From: Eledone cirrhosa
Taxonomy: Eukaryota
Direction: 5' to 3'
DNA: 64,000 nucleotides
Assembly (NCBI GenBank): GCA_964016885.1
Contig: OZ024753.1
Coordinates: 27,218,001 to 27,282,000 of the forward strand
Part shown: piece after piece, positions 54,321 to 64,000 of the stretch
Position numbering within the stretch: the first letter of the stretch is position 1
Layout: the number at the start of each line of letters is the position of its first letter
Position numbers and translations under genes: made by a program
The notes under the pieces: generated by a model
The model's database searches: none
The model's input: the letters and a program-made list of their open reading frames with translations, nothing else
Told to the model about the DNA's origin: nothing

Positions 54321-55080
54321 GTTCTTGTACATTTTATCGTGTATGGCCATTGCACGATATAACATTATTAATAATTATCAATTAATGCTATCGTGCAATG
54401 ACTGTGCGTAAAGATTTTTTTTTAAAGTGAGGAAAGACTGTACACAGAGCCAGTCCCACTTTCTGAGCGACAGTAGCTATAACCCGAAAAGAAGAGATCA
54501 ACATCATCGGTAACTACTAGGCCGCAGGTTTTGATGTTGTTGTTGTTGTACATACATACATGATGTCTGTCCCCTCGTTATCGAGTATGGCCATTACACG
54601 AAAAACAAAAAATAATAATAAAATAAGATTTAAAAAAAAAAATGAAAAAAAAAAAATTTATACCCCCCCCCCACATATATATATACACACATATACATAC
54701 ACACATATATACATACACACACATACATGTATACATATATATACACACATATATATATACATATACATACACACACACATATACATGCCCACACACACAC
54801 ATATACACACATATATTAACAATTAACGGTGCTGTGATCGAATGTGGCTTTTTAGCCCAGCCAATGATCTAAAATATCTTGCACAGAGTTGGTAACCAAA
54901 ACATTCACTGGTAATAGTGCCGCGTCCAACACGAAAACCAGATTGACTTTCAGGAAGAACAGTCTACACATTTTTACTCCACTAGACTCTGCAAATAACG
55001 TGACAGGAATTGTGAAAGTTGTATAAATATTTTTATATATTTTCCCAATGCAAGCATTGCTTAAATTTTACATACATACA

Positions 55081-55689
55081 TGGTGGCTGCCAACTCATTT
55101 TCGAGTACGGCCACTACTTTATATCCATGTAGGAGAACCCCTACCGATGCGCTGAACGAGTGTGACATTTTAGTCCAGCCAGCGACTTGAAAACTCTGGT
55201 ACAAACACTACACTTGTGACAATTATTGACACATAGTGCTGGGCCCATGGTACCATGTGATGACAAGTGTAGAGAGATCTCCAGATATAAAGCAATGCCT
55301 GTGCCGTGAAGCTTTTATAGTGAGCAAAGGCACTGCACAAAGCCAGTCCCACTCTCTTAACCAAGATGATATTTACCAAAAAGAAGAACAAGTCAACATC
55401 AATAGATACCATCAGAGTTGCAGGTGTTATATCAGAGTTTTCCTTCTCCTAGAATTCTGTCTTGACAAAGGCTAAGGGGTCATCTCTCCCAGTGATTTTG
55501 GATGGCCATTGACTCTTAAGAGCTCCTTTGCCCTTTGACAGGTTTTGTTTTTAGTCTTGCAGGATGTCCAAAGTCACCCTCCTCACCAAGAAACCTTGGT
55601 AGGGTTGCCAGTTTAGTCGCCAACGACCCGACCATGGGTCAGGTTGTACTGGGATACATGTTACCAGTAGCACCAACTGGTGACCTGAC
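55081..55689 (-). mobile_element. Family A copy
   Basis: Reverse complement of 9187-9795, flanked by (TACA)n. Confidence 0.8.
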
Positions 55690-55734
55690 ATATATACATA
55701 CATATATACACACATATATACATACATACATAGA

Positions 55735-56326
55735 TGATGGTTGCCCCCTCGTTATCGAGTATGGTCATTGAACGACATACCATTATTAATAATTATTAAT
55801 TAATTCTATCATGCAATACCTGTGCGTGAAGATATTTTTTAAAGTGAGGAAAGACTGTGCACCGAGCCAATCCCACTCTCTGAGCGACAGTAGCTATAAC
55901 CCGAAAAGAAGAAAAGATCAACATCATCGGTAACTACTGAGCCGCAAGTTTTATATCGGAGTTATCCCAGTTTTCTGAGTTGCCGTCTCCTAGAAGAATG
56001 CCCTGACAAAGGCTAGGTGTCCTTCACTCCCAGTGGTTTAACCACGCCATCGGGTGTCCAGCCTGACTATTTCTATGTCCCCGCGCATATACACACACAT
56101 TCACCCATCTATATACACATATACATATACATACATATTTACACACTTTTGGAAGGCCGTTGAGTCCTATGAGTTCTTCTGTCCTTTGTCAGGTTTTGTT
56201 TTTTGTCCTGCAGGTTGTCCCAAATCACCAAGTAAACTTGGTGGGGTTGCCGGCTTAGTCGCCGATGACCCGACCATGCAACAGGTTGTACTGGGTTACA
56301 TGTTACCAGTAGCACTCAAGAGTGAC
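55735..56326 (-). mobile_element. Related non-autonomous element (family B): family A-like head, different tail
   Basis: 56155-56326 resembles the family A 5' part; tail 55735-55950 recurs at ~54338-54600. Confidence 0.65.
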
Positions 56327-56380
56327 ATACATACATACATACATACATACATACATACATACATACATACATACATACAC

Positions 56381-59300
56381 ATAAATGGCGACCGTTGTGG
56401 TCAGTGTCCGATAATCGGACGTGTGTAATTACGGCTTACATGAAGGCAACATACCATATATTGGAAAAAGTTGAGCTACATTACGCGGTAAGATTACATA
56501 CAATAATTCTACATAAGTGTTTGAACTGTAAGTGTGTTGTAAAACACCTATTTATATGAACGATACATACACTTATGATATATGAACGATACATACACTT
56601 TAACATATAAATGCAACGTTGTTATATTACATTTATAAAGAAATATACAAGCAACCTTTTCGATTCAGAAACAAAAATATAAGTGTTTGAACTGTGAATA
56701 TGTTGTGAATAGGTTGTAGAACACCTATTTATATGAATGATACATAAACTTTAACATATAAATACAGCGTTGTTATATTATATTACATTCATAAAGGAAT
56801 ATACTAAGTAACGGTTCTTTTTGTTCTCGATTCAAACGATTCAAGAACAACGTTTAAAACACAGTTGTAGAATTAAAAACTAACTGAAAAGAAATATTAC
56901 CCAAGCTGTGAATAACTTTAAATTTGATTCTGACAGAACTTTGTCGTAACTTTTAAAGAAGATCATCGACTATTTTGAAAAATAAATACGAAATATTAGT
57001 GAATAGACGAACTCATCATGGCAAAAAGTACAAGTCTCCTTCGACCAAATCGCAACTACAACCGTTGTACACAGTGGAGCTACGAGCTTAACAAAGTATT
57101 ATATGAAGCATACAAACAATCTGAATCCCAAAAGTTCGGTTTTATGCAAAGGCTAAAAACTTTATGGAACTCCAAACACCCAGAATTAGACTTTTCTCCA
57201 AAGCATTTAAATGAACAGGCAAAACGTATCATTAGATGTAAATTGATACATCTAAAGGAATTGAGTGATACTACAAATACAGCCCTTGTAGACAACCACC
57301 CCACCTCCACTGACAGACAAAGAGAATGGCCAGCTAAATCTAACAGTGAACAGCTCACCAACAATTTTGCTGAAATCCATCCCACTTCCACTGAAGAACA
57401 GCGAGAAAGGTCAGCCGACTCTAGTAGTAATTGTCACCACATCAACAACGAGGCTGAAATTCATGACTCTACTGAACAAACAGAGCACCAAAAACTTGTG
57501 GGCTCCCTACAAGTGATATGGAACGATATGTTTCAAGAGATACACAGCCTTAATGTGAGTGACAGACCATACAACACTAGAGTCAGTAAAGAACCCACTA
57601 AATTGGAATTGGAAGCGGTGAACGAAATAGCTGGCAATTATCTGAAGGCTATACGATCTAAAGGTGTAGAAACTACATTTGAAACGCTTAATGTTTTGTT
57701 ATGTTTCAGCTGTCACATTGCTATCATATAACACACATCTAAAACCACGCAATCAAGATACAAACAGAAAGCCTGAACCAGCGTGGATGCGAAATTTAAA
57801 AACCAAAATTTTGTCCCTGAGACGGAGTATCTCACACATCGCAGTCGTTATGAAATGCAACATAGAGAGCAACTTCACACGACACCAGGAAGACCTAAAG
57901 AAAAAGTTAGAGAGAAGATTTGGAGATACAAAATTTAAAACTTTGAACTCCAAATTACACCAGTTGAAACAACAACTCACAGCTACAACAGAAAGACTAA
58001 AATATAAGTCAACAGCACATAAACGACAAGTGCTAAATAGATTGTTTGCCAGAGATCCTAAATCAATTTATCGCAGCTTCGGTGGCAAAAGCTCAATCTC
58101 TGTAAACGACACCCCTTCAAAAGAACAGGTTGAGAGCTACTGGAGATCTGTATGGGAAACGGATGACGGATTCAACAGACAAGCTAATTGGCTAAAAGAA
58201 CTGGAACAGGACTACTGCCAACATGTCCAGACAAAACAATATGACATAGATGGGTCAATACTGGAAACAGCTCTACAGAAAATGTCGAATAGGAAATCGC
58301 CAGGCCCAGACCTCATTACAGGATACTGGTTGAAGAATTTCACTTTCTATCGGCAAGATCTCATACGGCTGTTTACAGAAACCATTAAGGGCACACAAGA
58401 ACTGCCCAGATGGTTATCAACTGCCACTACTCTCCTCATTCCCCAAAATAGCCAAACCACCCTTGCTAAAAATTACCGCCCAATTGCCTGCCAAAACATC
58501 ATGTATAAATTATATACTGGGTGCCTTAACCTGTTCTTACAGGATCACTGTGCTACCAACAACATCATAACACCTGAGCAAGCTGGTGGAAAGAGGGAGG
58601 TGTGGGGTTGCATAGATCACCTACTAACTAACAAAATGATTCAAGAAAAAACAACAAAGAATCGCAGAAACATGACTGTCGTGTGGCTGGACTATCAAAA
58701 AGCATTTGATAGTGTACCTCATGGGTGGATTATTAAGGCTTTACAGTTATCTAAAGTCCCACAACCATTGGTAGCTGCTGTTGAACGCCTGACCAAGAAC
58801 TGGTACACCAATTTGATCCTTAGAGGTGAGAAGGAGCAGGTTAAGACTGATAAGATACATTACCAGAAGGGCATCTTTCAGGGTGATAGCTTGTCAGTGC
58901 TACTCTTCGTTCTCTCACTGAATCCATTATCTTACCTACTCAGGAAACAAGGTGGACAAAGAAGTGGGCCCAGAAGTATCTCCCATCTTTTCTTTGTTGA
59001 TGACCTGAAGTTGTATAGGCCAAATATCAATGACATCAAGAAACAATTGGACCTCATTACACAATTTTCAACCGACATCAAAATGAAATTTGGTGAGTCC
59101 AAGTGTGCATATTTGGCAGTAAAACGTGGAAGAGCTGTGCCCTCCTCTAGAAATCTAGAGATGAACGGCCTGACAATACAACCTCTGCAGTCAGGTGACA
59201 ACTACAGATATCTTGGACAGGATGAGAATGTCAGATATGATGGACCCATAAATAAGGAGAGAACCAGAACTGAATACCTCAGAAGAGTAAAGAAAATATG

Positions 59301-60605
59301 GTCATCAGAACTGTCAGCATACAACAAATACACTGCCCACAATACTTATGCTGTGCCAATTCTAACGCCAACATTTGGCCTACTGAACTGGTCATTGCAA
59401 GAACTAAGTGAGATGGATGTTAGAACTCGAAAACTTCTCAGTGTTACTGGCAACTTTAACATCAATGGTGATGTGGATAGGCTATACTTCTCACGCAAGG
59501 AAGGTGGCCGGGGTCTTAAATCCATATTAACAACATATGAGACCCGGATAGTAACACTGAAGCAACACCTTCAACAGAGGAAAAAGGTTGGCAACCATCT
59601 TGCCCAGGTTTATGAGCATGAAAAAAGAAATATCATTAGAATAGCGACTGATCTGGAGGAGAGATATGGAATAAAGCCTGATATAAATCTCTCACCCAGA
59701 GAAATCGGAAGATCCTATTCAATGTTCAAACAAGATAAAAAAATTGACCAATTTACAGAAAAAGTTGTGCATGTATACTTGAGGCGTAAAACACAGACCA
59801 TAGAGGGGATAAACCACTCAAAAAGCCTGGCATGGAGTTCCGACAAGTTTATGACATCACACCTTGAGGGATATCTCTATGCAATACAGGAACAAGAACT
59901 CGCTACCAAATATCTGCTGCACAAAAGAGGAGGGCCAGCAGCTGACAATAAATGTAGGCTATGTAAAACAAAGATCGAGGATCTAAGCCACATTGTTGCC
60001 AGCTGCGAAAGAATGTCATCTCGCTACTACCTCCCCATGAGACACGATGGGATAGCTAGAACCATCTGGAACGCACTTCGGAAAACAAAATTAACAACAA
60101 ACGAGGAAGAATATATTGAGACAGATGGCACTAAGGAATACTGGTGGAACCTGAAAATAAAAACTGCCACCAAATTAAAACACAACCGGTCTGATATTGT
60201 AGTTTGGGACCACACATCGAAAACGTGTTCTGTTGTGGAGATCAGCTGCCCACTTGATGTAAACGTTGTCAGAAAAATACAGGAGAAGGAGGACATCTAC
60301 GGACCATTGATGAGGATTTTACAAATCCAGTATCCAAGATACACCTTTAGCTTCATACCCATCATTATTGGTGCTACGGGTTATATACCAACCCGCTTGG
60401 ACCAAAGTATGACTGAACTTGGATTTGCGGACAAAAAGCGCAGCTCCCTAATTCATAGTCTACAAATGGCTGCGATAGCTGGCACCTTCAAAATTTGCAA
60501 AACATTCTTGCGATTCAAGGGATGACAATTTCTTTTCTTTTACAACCTTGCCACCAGGAAGGTGGCCGGTCAAAAAAATATACTCGAAATTAAGAGAAAG
60601 AGAAA
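56381..60605 (+). mobile_element. R4/Dong-like RLE non-LTR retrotransposon, apparently full length, in (CATA)n
   Basis: ~640-bp 5' UTR with internal repeats, RT plus RLE coding region, short 3' UTR with GCCACC/GGTGGC hairpin; (CATA)n on both sides. Confidence 0.9.
57679..60525 (+). CDS. RT plus restriction-like endonuclease ORF; N-terminus lies in the frameshifted ORF 57018-57731
   Basis: KSPGPD, NYRPIAC, WLDYQKAFDSV, GIFQGDSLS, FFVDD, GGRGL, CCHC (CRLC...HIVASC), RHD, NRSD...VEISCP. Confidence 0.9.
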   Translation: MKRLMFCYVSAVTLLSYNTHLKPRNQDTNRKPEPAWMRNLKTKILSLRRSISHIAVVMKCNIESNFTRHQEDLKKKLERRFGDTKFKTLNSKLHQLKQQLTATTERLKYKSTAHKRQVLNRLFARDPKSIYRSFGGKSSISVNDTPSKEQVESYWRSVWETDDGFNRQANWLKELEQDYCQHVQTKQYDIDGSILETALQKMSNRKSPGPDLITGYWLKNFTFYRQDLIRLFTETIKGTQELPRWLSTATTLLIPQNSQTTLAKNYRPIACQNIMYKLYTGCLNLFLQDHCATNNIITPEQAGGKREVWGCIDHLLTNKMIQEKTTKNRRNMTVVWLDYQKAFDSVPHGWIIKALQLSKVPQPLVAAVERLTKNWYTNLILRGEKEQVKTDKIHYQKGIFQGDSLSVLLFVLSLNPLSYLLRKQGGQRSGPRSISHLFFVDDLKLYRPNINDIKKQLDLITQFSTDIKMKFGESKCAYLAVKRGRAVPSSRNLEMNGLTIQPLQSGDNYRYLGQDENVRYDGPINKERTRTEYLRRVKKIWSSELSAYNKYTAHNTYAVPILTPTFGLLNWSLQELSEMDVRTRKLLSVTGNFNINGDVDRLYFSRKEGGRGLKSILTTYETRIVTLKQHLQQRKKVGNHLAQVYEHEKRNIIRIATDLEERYGIKPDINLSPREIGRSYSMFKQDKKIDQFTEKVVHVYLRRKTQTIEGINHSKSLAWSSDKFMTSHLEGYLYAIQEQELATKYLLHKRGGPAADNKCRLCKTKIEDLSHIVASCERMSSRYYLPMRHDGIARTIWNALRKTKLTTNEEEYIETDGTKEYWWNLKIKTATKLKHNRSDIVVWDHTSKTCSVVEISCPLDVNVVRKIQEKEDIYGPLMRILQIQYPRYTFSFIPIIIGATGYIPTRLDQSMTELGFADKKRSSLIHSLQMAAIAGTFKICKTFLRFKG

Positions 60606-60844
60606 ACATACATACATACATACATACATACATACATACATACATACAATTGAAGTAATCAAACCAGTTTACGCCAGTTTATTTCCATTCAACTGAATCT
60701 TATTACAGTTTTGTGTACGGCCATTGTGGTACATTATTTTCAACACGCATTGTGTTTCCACTTGTTGAAGTGTATACGTCGACTGCGAGATCACATCATA
60801 TAATACCAATCTCTCTCGAGTAAAAGTACTATACTGGTGTCATA

Positions 60845-63797
60845 ATGTTATACCTTCTTGTATTTACTCTCTTCTCTCCTGCTTTGTGTACCTTGGCGGA
60901 TGATTATTTCCACTCGCTTTATCTGGATCCCAACAAAACTTATCATCTTTCATGGAAATTTAATGAAACTCACATACAATTCCACACTGAAGTGAAAGCC
61001 CTGGGTTATGTAGCACTAGGGTTGTCAATGGATGGAAGTTTGAAAAATGCTGATGTTTTCATTGCTGAAGTTGCTGGCGATCAATCTAGTTCTTCGGTAA
61101 GTTAAATCATTTCACATCAAAACGAATTTAATTAGTTTGCTATTAGTATTGATATGTTGATTTAATTTTAATCATTCCCTTTATATGAAGATTATTATTA
61201 TGAATATAATATCTCATTCAGTAGATTGGCAGTATCGGTATAGGGTCGGATGCCATGCTTTCCTGCATAGTTACGTCCCTTAACGATCTGAGTTCAAATC
61301 CCGCTGAGGTTGACTTTGCCTTTCATCCTTACGGGGTCGATAATATAAAGTACCAGTAATGTTGGCTCTGTGCCAAAAAGTAGAAACAGTTATTTAACAG
61401 GAAAATTTACTGGAATGAACGGCAAGATAGCGCAAGTTCTTCTAAATGTTCTTAATTAAACATACGGTATATTGACAAATATACTATACATACATTCATG
61501 TATACATTGCTATTTCAGAGCACCAATCCTAATTTTTAATTTTTGCTGGACCAGCAATCGCTACTGGAATTCTATAAGAATCCAACCTCTATAATTTTCG
61601 GCAAAGGCGGGGAGTACGATGCCCTGAGGATCGCCAACAGCGTGAAACAGAATATGTCAGTTTCTCTCCCTTCTTTTGCCGAATAAAGAAGTGACATAGT
61701 CACTACTTTAAAAATGATAGCGCAAGGTCTTCAGAATGTTTTTATTTAAACATACGGTATATTGCTAAATATACTATACATACATCGCTATTTCAGAGCA
61801 CCAATCCTAATATATCTATATATATGTGTGTGTGCGTGTGTGTGTGTGTGTAGATATATATTTGTTCATTTTATTTTAGAACTACTATGGTAATGCTGAT
61901 GGGAAACTGAAGAAAGAAGACCCCAGTAAATGGCATCTAATGTATTTCAATGAAACTGACACGAAGACAATATTGACGTTCTCTAGAAAAATCTCTGGAC
62001 CAAATATGGCGATAAACATTACAGTAAGGATTATATTTCATAAAATTTATAAAGATAAGAAGAAATAATTATGAGAATTACGATTTAATTTTTAAACATA
62101 GTTCATGTGCTTAAGGGAAAATCTTACGCTTATTAATGGGGAAGATGACATGTTTTCATTTTATTGAACCTCATTAGCGTAACATGGTGGACAGGATAAA
62201 GCGGATTTGTACTAATTGTACTTCGCTGAAGAGGCCTAATAATGTCAGTAATTAATTGAGCTAATATTGTCTTTTCCTCGCCGAATATAGAATTTCCAAT
62301 TAGATGTACCTTGCACACTGCATTAAACAGGTTAACAGTGATTTAACTATTATATTCAATACATATTTGAGTAATTAACTTCATTTTAAATATGCTAGGT
62401 TTTGACTTATAGTCATGCACTCTAATGTGCATTTACTCAGAGATTCTCTCATCACAACTCCAGCAATTATGAAGTTTATACTTAGCTGAGAATGTCTAAT
62501 TTGATAGGAACATCCTCAGTGTTGTGTCTCATATCTGTAGATATCTTCTTTTTCTTCTTCGCCCACTTATTCCCGAGAGGGTCGTGAGGGCAGAGTCATG
62601 AGACACTCCTTCCAGCGGGTCCTGTCTGATCGGGCTGGATCCCCAAGCAAGACCAGCTAAGCTCATGGATGTTATCCAACCGTCTTGCTCGAGGTCTACT
62701 ACGGGGACATTCTAACCACATGCTTATAGTATCGGAGCAGTGATCTCTAAATTCGGAGAAGTAGCGGTTCTACCTGTAGATATGATTAAACGCTGATTAG
62801 ACGCTGATTTTTTCATTATCATTTACTTTTTTTAGATTATATTGTTGATATCCACCACATTAAATATATTAACACTGACTTTTGTTAGAGGTTAGTCACC
62901 TCTCTCGACAAAGGCCTTTCACTCGACGTACCCCAGTTATTACAAATAATTGTTTCTACTTTAGTCACAAAGCCAGCAATTACCCAAATGAGAGTATGGT
63001 TTATTTCTTTTCACCAACTTGTTAATGAGCACAAATATTTACTTCATGCAAACTATACGATGTTACATGTGTGTTACGTGAGTACTCAATTCAACTGGGT
63101 GTCATTTTCCAACCTCTCCTACTTTTAAGACTTTGGGCGTTGTTGTTCATGTTAGTTTGGATATTATTGCTACTGTTGCTGATGATGATGAGGTTTTTTG
63201 TTGTTTTTTTGTAGCAAAGCAGTTCAAGAGTACTGTGGGGATGTAGCGAGAAAGATGATATAAGTGTCAATTTTGAACCGAATGGCGTAAAAAGTATGAT
63301 CCTGCTTCAACCAAAATTCCCTGATCTCGTTATGACTAACGATACAAAGGACATAGAATTTAGAATGAATGAAGTAAGTTCTTTTTATTATTTTTATTCA
63401 AATTAGGGGTTGTGATTTGACAGAATCGGTAGAGCGTTGGACACCATGACTTGAAGCATAGAGTTACGTCCCTTTACGTTCTGAGTTCAAATCCTGCCGA
63501 GGCAAGCTTTGCCTTTCATCCTTACGGGGTCGATAAAATAAAGCACCAGTAATGCACTGGGGTCGATTTAATCGACTTTCGCCTTCCCTCAAAACTTTTG
63601 GCCTTGTGCCTAAATCAGAAACCATTACTTTTATTTAAATTTCTAAAGCTTCCTCCAATGTTACCGGGCGTTTTGATTTTACAGATTAAATAAAAAATTT
63701 TGATTAATTTCAGGCTTTGGTTCCTAAGGACAGAACTACTTATTGGTGTAAGTCTTTTGCTGGGCCATCCCTTAATGGTAAAGCACATATTGTTATG
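60845..63797 (+). CDS. MOXD1: DBH-like monooxygenase (MOXD1 family), copy 2; 3'-incomplete. Exons: 60845-61096, 61880-62023, 63215-63373, 63714-63797
   Basis: Signal peptide MLYLLVFTLFSPALC and DOMON (YHLSWKF...GYVALGLS...ADV). Later exons match copy 1 in phase and near size (144/159/84 bp vs 147/162/84). TTYWC motif present; all introns GT-AG. Confidence 0.9.
62545..62720 (-). mobile_element. RTE-like LINE 3' end fragment
   Basis: Minus strand RSRPRAR.LDNI...DRTRWK followed by a GAA-rich tail. Confidence 0.45.
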
Positions 63798-64000
63798 GTA
63801 TGTATTTTCTCCTTACAATTTTGAATTTTCTAGTTATCTGTTCTATAACTAACCTAATGTATTTGTTCCTGATTTGTGTAGTTTATCTTCTAGGTAGATT
63901 TTGGCTCTGTGAGCTGCCAGGTGGTACGTGGACTCCCTGGTTCGATCAGGATGTTAAAAATACCATGGGAGTAAAGAAAGAGGCTTGTAAAGTTAGTTTG

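Overview
This is AT-rich, microsatellite- and transposon-dense animal DNA. The SINE repertoire resembles octopus/cephalopod repeats as I recall them, but the species is unverified. The window holds two tandem, same-strand, spliced DBH-like copper monooxygenase (MOXD1-family) genes. Copy 1 has 12 exons at 23239-40399, with all Cu ligands intact and its first exon not found in the window. Copy 2 starts at 60845, has 4 exons before the window ends, and its DOMON domain lacks both putative heme-ligand residues. An intronic antisense tRNA-Pro(AGG) lies at 26949-27020. Penelope-type hammerhead ribozyme motifs include two in the sense strand of copy 1 introns and one U3-A8 covariant core. Mobile elements include two inverted hAT/Buster elements with perfect 8-bp TSDs and an internal 40-bp VNTR, one nested in a Tx1/L1 LINE. 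There is also a nearly intact R4/Dong-like RLE LINE in (CATA)n just upstream of copy 2, a 5'-inverted RTE LINE, MITEs with 6-bp TSDs, and many SINEs. Most short ORFs in the track are microsatellite or repeat artefacts. All calls were made by eye; no searches or folding programs were run.
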